Part shown: positions 29,523 through 36,883 of the stretch, piece by piece
Layout of the letters: each line of letters starts with the position of its first letter
Position numbering within the stretch: the stretch's first letter is position 1
Source of the DNA: an uncultured Gammaproteobacteria bacterium
GTDB lineage: Bacteria; Patescibacteriota; Patescibacteriia; Patescibacteriales; UBA12075
Length of the DNA: 64,000 bases
Direction: 5' to 3'
NCBI GenBank assembly: GCA_964459725.1
Contig: CAYWNT010000002.1
Coordinates: 19,719-83,718, forward strand
Position numbers and translations under genes: made by a program
The notes under the pieces: generated by a model
The model's database searches: none
Told to the model about the DNA's origin: nothing
The model's input: the letters and a program-made list of their open reading frames with translations, nothing else

Positions 29523-29775
29523 TTTTTATATAAACAAAATAAAATTTTTATTTTTTGTCAATTGTTCTTATTTTAGCATAACTTGCACTTTGTTAGCAAG
29601 TGAACAAAGTAGTAAAAACTACATACACCTTATTAATACATCAATTTTTTACTATTATTATTTTCTCAAATCACCTATTTAAAAACTCATCATCCTTCCT
29701 TTCCCAATTAAGAAACAATAGCATTGTTGTAGATTCTGACGACCGCACAAATCTACAACAATCAAATTTTTCAAT

Positions 29776-29816
29776 AAAAAAGAAAAAGCCGGAGTTCTTT
29801 ATTAGAACTCCGGCTA
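29776..29816 (-). terminator. intrinsic terminator of the large lipoprotein gene
   Basis: AGCCGGAGTTCT-N5-AGAACTCCGGCT, then TTTTTCTTTTTT on the minus strand. Confidence 0.75.
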
Positions 29817-29840
29817 AATTGTTTATTGTTTAAATACCAG

Positions 29841-32800
29841 TTATTTCCGGTATCGCCTCATTTGCACGTCAGTAGTTGAGTAACTACCAGCGTGTCCGCC
29901 GTAATTAATGGAAACTCTCCCGTTTGAAATGGAGAATTCTGGATCAAGAACGAACACGGCTTGTCCGTTCTCAAACGACGATGTGTCATCAGCAGAGGTG
30001 GAATAACCACTGCCGTCGTTATTGACATCAACACCAGACTCTTTGAGCTGAACAGTGATTGGATCACCGGTTGACGATGTGCCAGTGACAACGATCTCAT
30101 AGATATACTGGGTATCTATTTCGATTCCATCCCAACGTCTTGCCACATCCCAATGATTTCCATCCGCATAGATGATGGCACCTGTGCCAGTCATTACAGG
30201 CTGGGGATCAAGATCTGGGTTGATCCAGATCGTATCATCCGTCATGTTGAGCGGAGTCGAATCATGAAGGAGTGGTGTACTAAATGAAAAGATATCGCTG
30301 CCTCCCAAGGTGTGACCTGACACATCAGCAATACTTCCCAGGATCGTAACGGTGAAATTACTTCCAAACGCCAAAGGCACATAAGGAATAAATGTAATAG
30401 TATCGCCGCTAACTGAGTGAATCCCACTGACAGGAATATCACCCGGGCCAATGATCCGGAATGACAAATTACTTACAGTTGCCGGATCGACAAGCCCGTC
30501 AAAGACAACTACAATGTTGTCATTCGGCATGCCGGTGCCAACCGGCTCTCTCTCGGTAATGTTAAAAGTTGTATCGTCAATTATTGTACCTCCTGTTCTG
30601 AAATTGACAATAGCAGACAATGTATTTCCAGCGACATCGGCAATTCCCATAAACGTGGCAATATAGCTAGTAAATGAGTCTAGCGGAGCGTCAGGGGTAA
30701 GCGTAATGATGTTATCATCCACATCCAGATCAAAATCTACATCATTACCATGCTCATCTCTCAAACGAACCGAATTAACAGTTACGAATGAAGGATCAAG
30801 CTCATTTGATGTCTCCAACTCAATTCTGGTTGTTAATGAAACATTTTCTGCATTCCTCTCTGGTAACGTACTCATCACTACAAAAGAGTCAGGATCGACC
30901 ACGCTTGTTGTGACACAAATGCCTTCAATGTCATAAGTGTCGGCATGAGCACCAAGATTTACAGCCAATACTGCCTCAGAATCATACTCTGAGGGTTGAA
31001 GAGTTACAGTTGCTGTGCCATCAAGCCGAACTTCAGCCTTGGCAAATGAGGTGTAATCATTTCCATCGCCGTTTCGATCCTCACCGTCCTCCTTGATCTG
31101 TACTTCGACCATGGAATTCCTGAGCGAATCGCCATTAATTTCTACTGTGTAGACATGCGATGGATCAGCAACAATTGGTGCTTTGTAGGCTACATCCCAA
31201 GGATCGGTGCTTTGAAAAACTTCCACATCACCATTTTCGTGCTCAGCTCCTGCAATCGGATCATTCTCAATAAACAAAAACCATCCTTCACGATCGGTAC
31301 AATTGGAACCAAGAACAGTTGGAGTAGTTACTGTCCAGCTGTACATCTGGTCAAGTATGATTCCATCCTGACTCTCAACTGAACGATGGACAGTCACAGT
31401 ATACGACGTATCCAGGGTCAAAGATTGGTCTGGTGTGACTGTAACAGTCGCTCCACTAACCTGAATGGTTATATCGATATAATCCTCGATGTCATTATTC
31501 ATAATACTAATGGAACCTCCCAACACAGAACCAGGATCTACGACTTCATCAAAGCGAAGTCGAAATACACTATCAGTCTCAGCAAACTGCTCCGGAGAGT
31601 AGCTAGTCAGACTGAAAGTCTCAGGATCACCCGAACCGGGACCTCCGGTTGTAAATGTAGAAGTGTGATCGTTGGACATTACTCCTCCGCTCTCACCTAC
31701 TACACCAGATACGGTAACAGTATAAAGTGTTCCCGAACTCAACGGGCTCTCAGGCATAAAAAAAATATACCTACCCTGAAAGCTGGTAGTACCAACCACT
31801 TCTGAACCGGCCTCAGAAACAACCGTGATGCTATCGTTCTCTATCGAGGCAATATCATCGCTCATTGCCTTTTCTACAGAAGTGGCAATTGAAATATCTG
31901 TTGCTTCATCAGCAGGAAAAGAGCTGATCACTGTAAGGTAGTCAGGGTCAGTTCCAGGATCATCACCTACTCCACTTGGGAGATCAACATTGGTGAAGGT
32001 TCCGCCTTCAACGGCAAGGATTTCATCCTTGTCGTCCATAGTAGCTGAACGAATCTGGGCACCTTCCCTGATTACTGCCATCCTCTTCACCTCGGTAGAA
32101 CCGTTGGCTAAGAGACGAACAGTAAATGGGTCAAGGTTATCCCACAATAACCACGTCATCAAAAATTCTGAAGAATTATCAGAAAAAATCGCCGACATAG
32201 AAATAGTGGTTGCGCCTTCTTCCAAGTTATCTACAATCTTGGTCCAGGCCACTCCTGGATTCCAACCAACATTTTGGCTTCCGGCACCGGTTGCACTCTT
32301 GTATGATGTTTTTTGCTCGATAACATCATCTCTGTCACCACCAGGCACCAAGTAAGTCTTGATGTAGAGGTCTTCACCTTCAATCTTCAAAGTCGGCTGA
32401 AGCATGAAACCATCTTCACCCAGCTTCTCAATTCCGGTACCCCTGTAGATAAATCCAAGGCTTTTATCCCCCTTGGAATCTACAAAGACCCAATCACCAA
32501 CACTGTCTTGATCAAGGTAGACAGTTACTTCAGATCCGGTTTCAGGATTTATCCCTCTGAACTTGAGAGAAACATTCTCCCCCTCTTCGATCGCGGGAAC
32601 AGTTACCGTATGGGTGCTTGAGTCCTCACCTAATGTGAGTCTGACATCAGACACCACGCCGAGTGCATCTTTAACTTCATACTCAGGGAATCCCTGAAAT
32701 GAACTCTTAAGAACCTGTGAAAGATTCTTAAAAGTAAAGCGCACCTCTCCGGTATCCAGCTTCTCAGAGTTAACTGAAAAGGCTGAACTACCACTTCCAC

Positions 32801-32891
32801 CATCACTGCTTGGACTGCCTTTACCGCCTCCGCATGAGACGATCAAAAGCAAAGCTGCCAACAAAAATGTTAACCTCATAACCGCCTTCAT
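29841..32891 (-). CDS. large surface lipoprotein with about 4 SbsA/Big_5-like Ig domains and 2 CBM_4_9-like modules
   Basis: The start MKAVMRLTFLLAALLLIVSCGGG (lipobox) lies 5 nt after GAGGAGGAAG; the track start at 32927 is probably too long. Ig-like segments repeat the pattern ...P.D.A..V.....I...F...V.P.SV....I.......V.G....G.T.TF.P...L...T.YTVT.... Two W/D-rich beta-sandwich-like modules are present (..DPWDVAYKAP.., ..NHWDVARRWDG..). Confidence 0.7.
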   Translation of the reverse strand: MKAVMRLTFLLAALLLIVSCGGGKGSPSSDGGSGSSAFSVNSEKLDTGEVRFTFKNLSQVLKSSFQGFPEYEVKDALGVVSDVRLTLGEDSSTHTVTVPAIEEGENVSLKFRGINPETGSEVTVYLDQDSVGDWVFVDSKGDKSLGFIYRGTGIEKLGEDGFMLQPTLKIEGEDLYIKTYLVPGGDRDDVIEQKTSYKSATGAGSQNVGWNPGVAWTKIVDNLEEGATTISMSAIFSDNSSEFLMTWLLWDNLDPFTVRLLANGSTEVKRMAVIREGAQIRSATMDDKDEILAVEGGTFTNVDLPSGVGDDPGTDPDYLTVISSFPADEATDISIATSVEKAMSDDIASIENDSITVVSEAGSEVVGTTSFQGRYIFFMPESPLSSGTLYTVTVSGVVGESGGVMSNDHTSTFTTGGPGSGDPETFSLTSYSPEQFAETDSVFRLRFDEVVDPGSVLGGSISIMNNDIEDYIDITIQVSGATVTVTPDQSLTLDTSYTVTVHRSVESQDGIILDQMYSWTVTTPTVLGSNCTDREGWFLFIENDPIAGAEHENGDVEVFQSTDPWDVAYKAPIVADPSHVYTVEINGDSLRNSMVEVQIKEDGEDRNGDGNDYTSFAKAEVRLDGTATVTLQPSEYDSEAVLAVNLGAHADTYDIEGICVTTSVVDPDSFVVMSTLPERNAENVSLTTRIELETSNELDPSFVTVNSVRLRDEHGNDVDFDLDVDDNIITLTPDAPLDSFTSYIATFMGIADVAGNTLSAIVNFRTGGTIIDDTTFNITEREPVGTGMPNDNIVVVFDGLVDPATVSNLSFRIIGPGDIPVSGIHSVSGDTITFIPYVPLAFGSNFTVTILGSIADVSGHTLGGSDIFSFSTPLLHDSTPLNMTDDTIWINPDLDPQPVMTGTGAIIYADGNHWDVARRWDGIEIDTQYIYEIVVTGTSSTGDPITVQLKESGVDVNNDGSGYSTSADDTSSFENGQAVFVLDPEFSISNGRVSINYGGHAGSYSTTDVQMRRYRK

Positions 32892-33023
32892 GATCTTCCT
32901 CCTCTCGTTGTTTTTTATTATCCTCATGTAAACTATAACCTTGAAACTAATTACCTAAAACTAACTATATAACATTTTAATTGATTTTAATTGTTTATTC
33001 AATTGTCAAATAACCAATATGTA

Positions 33024-33052
33024 AACTTAGCATAATTCCCATTGGTTGTCAA
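33024..33052 (-). promoter_or_regulatory. candidate promoter of the large lipoprotein gene
   Basis: Minus strand: TTGACA, 17-nt spacer, TAAGTT, about 130 nt upstream of the start. Confidence 0.35.
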
Positions 33053-33140
33053 GAGGAAAAAGCAAAAATTGATAATTGTTTAATAATTAAAAATAATCCC
33101 ATAAATTATTGTATAAAAACCAATAAAACACTAATTTTAA

Positions 33141-33180
33141 AAAGAAAAAGGGGCTGAATATTAGTAAAATATTCAACCCC
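33141..33180 (-). terminator. intrinsic terminator of the SLT gene
   Basis: GGGGTTGAATATT-N5-AATATTCAGCCCC, then TTTTTCTTTTT on the minus strand. Confidence 0.75.
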
Positions 33181-33186
33181 TTGATT

Positions 33187-34632
33187 TTAGGCCTTTCTCA
33201 TTACCCTCAAAAACCTTTTTACATGTTTTGTGGTCCTAGGGTAGATGTGGTATGTTTTGCCGGCTAGCAGGGCCTTTTTTATATCCTCCGGTCCTGCATA
33301 ATAAGCAGCAACAGCGTATTCGATGATATTGTTGAACTCATCAAGCTGCTCTGCAAAATACTCGCCAGTGCCTAATAGGTTCTGCCTTGGATCAAAAGGA
33401 TCGGTTACACCGAGATATTTCTGGGTACCGGGCATTAACTGCCCCAAACCCTCAGCTCCGTCCTCAGACACTGCATTTGGATCACCGGTTGACTCAATAA
33501 AAACCTTTACTGACATCAGAAACTGCGGCACCCCGTGTATTTTATAAACATCGTCAATATGCTTTTTGTATTTACGATAAATACGAAGGATACGAGTATC
33601 TGTAACTCTTTTACCATCATGCCTTATGAGATGCCCTTCGGGATCAATCGTAAAAGCATAATTTAGATTTTTTTCTCTAGTCCTTTGTTTAACAACCCAA
33701 TCCCTAGGTTTCCTTTTGGTAGTTTTTTTCAAGAAAGCCAACTCCTCTTGAGCCGATGACAAATCTGAACTTAACGAACCGAAACTCTTTTTCATACTTG
33801 CTACTTCTTTGAGAAGCACAGTTTGCTCTCTTGTGAGTCTCATAATCTTTTCTTCGCTTACTTTCAGTTTCAATTTCGCTTCAGCCAGCTCCTTCATTGC
33901 TCCTACGTAGCTCTTTCCTAGTTTATTTTTTTCTTTCTCCAGGGCTACATATTTTTCTATCTGTCTTTGTCGGTCAAGCCTGGCAGATTCTGCTAATTTT
34001 TTCTTGGTTACCTCTCTCTCTTTATAGCTCGAATTAAATTCCCTTCTTGCCTTTTTGAGTCTCCTGTCAGCCTCCTCTTTCTCACTCGTCAAAGAAGATA
34101 AACTGGCGCTCAAGTTGTTTTTCTCTCGCACAACACGCTCGAGTCTCGCTTCTAAGCCTATCACTCTGCTCTGATAATTTTTTAGATCATTTTCCTTGAG
34201 AGAAGACAAGTTGACGCTCAAAGCATCTCTCTCTTGCCTCACAAGTTCCAGTATTGACTCCAGACTCTTAACTCTCCTTTTGTGAGACTTTAATTCATTT
34301 TCCTGAAGTGAAGACAAGCTGGCGCTCAAGTTATTCTTCTCCAATGTCACTTGCTCAAGCATTGACTCCAGGTACCTGACTCGCCTTTTGTGTTTTTTTA
34401 GTTCGTTCTCCTTTAGCGAGGACAAACTGGCGCTCAAAACATCTTTCTCTAGCGTCACTTGCTCGAGTCTTGACTCCAGGTCTCCAACCTTGCTTTTGTA
34501 TAATTTTAACTCATTTTCTTTCTCAGTCGTCCCGTAGTAATAACCGCCTGGACCGACCAACCTAATCTTTTTGCACTCTCCTGTTCCAGGAAAAAGCAAA
34601 AGAAACATCAAAAAAAACATTACCCCACGCAT
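33187..34632 (-). CDS. secreted coiled-coil protein with a C-terminal lytic transglycosylase (SLT, GH23-like) domain
   Basis: Signal peptide, 4 x 36-aa heptad-rich repeats, more coiled coil, then IESTGDPNAVS...GLGQLMPGT...AAYYAGP (the E-S / GLMQ / AYNAG pattern). AGAGGAGGAAG lies 2 nt upstream (GGAGGA core 4 nt upstream). Confidence 0.75.
   Translation of the reverse strand: MRGVMFFLMFLLLFPGTGECKKIRLVGPGGYYYGTTEKENELKLYKSKVGDLESRLEQVTLEKDVLSASLSSLKENELKKHKRRVRYLESMLEQVTLEKNNLSASLSSLQENELKSHKRRVKSLESILELVRQERDALSVNLSSLKENDLKNYQSRVIGLEARLERVVREKNNLSASLSSLTSEKEEADRRLKKARREFNSSYKEREVTKKKLAESARLDRQRQIEKYVALEKEKNKLGKSYVGAMKELAEAKLKLKVSEEKIMRLTREQTVLLKEVASMKKSFGSLSSDLSSAQEELAFLKKTTKRKPRDWVVKQRTREKNLNYAFTIDPEGHLIRHDGKRVTDTRILRIYRKYKKHIDDVYKIHGVPQFLMSVKVFIESTGDPNAVSEDGAEGLGQLMPGTQKYLGVTDPFDPRQNLLGTGEYFAEQLDEFNNIIEYAVAAYYAGPEDIKKALLAGKTYHIYPRTTKHVKRFLRVMRKA
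34087..34518 (-). repeat. four tandem 108-bp (36-aa) in-frame repeats in the SLT gene
   Basis: ENELK.[YH]K.[RK]V..LES.LE.V..EK..LSASLSSL[KQT] x4 (residues about 39-182). Confidence 0.8.
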
Positions 34633-34810
34633 AGCTTCCTCCTCTTATTTTAAAGATCTAAATATTAGATAAATAACTCTAATATTTTATTAAATATAAA
34701 CTCTTACTTATATTTAATGATATTATAAAAAAATTAATAAACTATTAAAGCTTCTTTACAACAAATCAACTTAACATAAACACACGAAACTTGTCAACTT
34801 TTTTTGCAAA

Positions 34811-34848
34811 TAAAAAAGGCGGGTTTATTATTTTCAATAAACCCGCCT
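34811..34848 (-). terminator. intrinsic terminator of ORF 34870..35913
   Basis: GGCGGGTTTATT-N6-AATAAACCCGCC, then TTTTTTATTT on the minus strand. Confidence 0.75.
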
Positions 34849-34869
34849 ATAGCAGCTAAATATTTCTTG

Positions 34870-35913
34870 TTATTTCTTTAGACCCGCTTTTTTCATGGCT
34901 TTAGCAATAAAGCCACCTTTCTCTTCCTTGTTTTTTCCTTCCAATACATCCATCTCTTCTGGAAGAATTTCAACAGTTTGACTTGTAAATACACTTGGCT
35001 CATCACTCTCTGACTCATCTTCACCTTCAAGACTATCGATATCAAGACCTGTTAGATCCCCAAAGCCTTCACCGATATCAGCCAGAGTCTCATCGATTTC
35101 TCCTTCATCGAAAGCCCCATCTTCTAAATCACCAGGCTCTTCTTCGACAACCGTCTCTCCTGGAGGAATAAGTTCATCTGCATCCAACACTTGAGTTTCC
35201 AACCCAGATTCTGCTTTTTCCTGCTCTGGAGAAGAATCAGTTGGAGCACCTTCTTCGCCCATTTTTTTTTCTATATCCTTTACTAATTCCGGCCTCTCAT
35301 CCGACTCTGGCTTCTCGGGTATTTCATCTCCTGTATAAGTCAGCTTTATCATCTCTGCTTCTTCCAGGTTGGCCAATGCGCAAGCACTAATATCATAATA
35401 AGATATTTTCCCTTTGCACTTACAATTTTCCAACGCAGAGAAATATTTTGCCTTTATTTCTCCAGTTTCAAAATTTGCCCCTCTGTCTACCCAAAGTTTT
35501 TCACACTCACCTTCAAATTTATGACAATTACCGTGTACTAGTAGTTGTCTACATTTTACAAAGATAATTTCATCCTGAGCAGAATGACATGAGTCAAGAA
35601 ACACCTTGGCGCCAGGAGCGTGTACTTTTCCGGAAAATTCTCCCTTGATATGTACATGTTTAATTTCTTTAGGCAAACTAACTTCGGCTGCTGGTATGCC
35701 AATATCGGATCCAAGCTTTACCGTATTGGCTTCTTTGTTTAATTGCTCAACTTCTTTTTGCATGGTCGCCATTTTTTCTTTTAATTCATTATTCTCAGCT
35801 AGCTTTCTATTAGCATCAGTAGTCGCATCTCTAGCTCTTCTTTCTGCATCATCTTTTTCCGTGTTTCGCTTCAATCCAAGCTCGTTATTTATTCTTAATA
35901 CTTCTTGATGCAT
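34870..35913 (-). CDS. hypothetical protein: N-terminal coiled coil, Cys/His-containing beta-helix-like core, long acidic tail
   Basis: 347 aa. The core IKGEFSGKVHAPGAKVFLDSCHSAQDEIIFVKCRQLLVHGNCHKFEGECEKLWVDRGANFETGEIKAKYF has a bactofilin-like periodicity (weak, by eye). The last ~150 aa are D/E-rich. Confidence 0.5.
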   Translation of the reverse strand: MHQEVLRINNELGLKRNTEKDDAERRARDATTDANRKLAENNELKEKMATMQKEVEQLNKEANTVKLGSDIGIPAAEVSLPKEIKHVHIKGEFSGKVHAPGAKVFLDSCHSAQDEIIFVKCRQLLVHGNCHKFEGECEKLWVDRGANFETGEIKAKYFSALENCKCKGKISYYDISACALANLEEAEMIKLTYTGDEIPEKPESDERPELVKDIEKKMGEEGAPTDSSPEQEKAESGLETQVLDADELIPPGETVVEEEPGDLEDGAFDEGEIDETLADIGEGFGDLTGLDIDSLEGEDESESDEPSVFTSQTVEILPEEMDVLEGKNKEEKGGFIAKAMKKAGLKK

Positions 35914-36091
35914 GTCCTTCTCTTAATTGTCTTAGTCCATTACTGACCAATATTTTCAACAAACAATACACCAAAAGAATAATCAACAATGTCACCAATG
36001 CCACGACTGTCCAATCAATCCATGTCATATTTACAACATGAAAGAAAAACAAATCCCATGTCTCCGCCCTAAATAGTATATTCTCAAACAT
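35885..36091 (-). CDS. small single-pass membrane protein
   Basis: 68 aa. TM helix WTVVALVTLLIILLVYCLLKILV. GGGAGGAG lies 5 nt upstream. The 3' end overlaps the next ORF by 29 nt. Confidence 0.4.
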   Translation of the reverse strand: MFENILFRAETWDLFFFHVVNMTWIDWTVVALVTLLIILLVYCLLKILVSNGLRQLREGHASRSIKNK

Positions 36092-36211
36092 CTTGTCTCC
36101 TCCCTGTATTCTAAAATGAAATGAACGATAATTAAATTTGGTATAAAATTAAAACATATTGCTTAATAAGTCAATAGCAATATGTCAAATCACACTCTTT
36201 TTATCAAAATC

Positions 36212-36727
36212 TTAAATTATTGATTTTAGTTGTTTTAGAATTTCAGGCAGAAGAGGAAATATTATATTTACAAACTTGAGAAAAAACGCTGCTAACTTGG
36301 AGTTAACCAGAGCGTCTCCCAAGAAGTGATTGATGAATGAATACCTGGCAATTAGAAATAAAAAGAGGCCAATAACCAGTGATCCTTCCAAAAAGCCAAG
36401 TATTGCTCCACCAAGACGGTTAAAAGTCTTTAAAAATGGAATTATCGATAGCAAATTAAATGTTTTATCAATAAGAGAAAAAGCAAGACCAACAACCTTC
36501 TGGGTAAAAGAAAAAACAATTAAGAAGCTTAAAATTCGGCCGAAATTATCCAAGCCTAAAAAAGCACCCTGAATAAGCTCGAAAAGGCTCAAATAATAAT
36601 GACTAGCAACCCAAGCTCCAATAATAGCTCCGATCAACGCTCCCAGAGTTCTAATTAGACCAAAAAACAAGCCATAAAAAACAAAGCCTGATAATATCAC
36701 TATTAATATTGTATCGAAGATAGACAT
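36212..36727 (-). CDS. cvpA: CvpA-family (colicin V production) membrane protein
   Basis: MSIFDTILIVILSGFVFYGLFFGLIRTLGALIGAIIGAWVA..., 171 aa, 4 TM helices. Confidence 0.7.
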   Translation of the reverse strand: MSIFDTILIVILSGFVFYGLFFGLIRTLGALIGAIIGAWVASHYYLSLFELIQGAFLGLDNFGRILSFLIVFSFTQKVVGLAFSLIDKTFNLLSIIPFLKTFNRLGGAILGFLEGSLVIGLFLFLIARYSFINHFLGDALVNSKLAAFFLKFVNIIFPLLPEILKQLKSII

Positions 36728-36770
36728 AGATTTAGTCGAAAGTCTTAAAGTTGAAAGTCTATAAAGTCTT
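36728..36770 (-). repeat. array of about 5 GACTTT-like units abutting the cvpA start codon
   Basis: Minus strand: GACTTTATA GACTTTCA ACTTTAA GACTTTC GACTAAATCT ATG. A sister array lies at 62834-62877. Confidence 0.6.
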
Positions 36771-36825
36771 CCATATTTTTATCTCTAATAAAATATTATA
36801 TTAAAATTATAACATTAACATAACA

Positions 36826-36852
36826 AAAAAGCGAGCATTTGCTCGCTTTTTT
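36826..36852. terminator. bidirectional terminator downstream of the triple-repeat gene
   Basis: AAAAAAGCGAGC-ATTT-GCTCGCTTTTTT. Confidence 0.7.
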
Positions 36853-36883
36853 GTTATAAAACTTTCGACTCGCGCGAAGCTTG

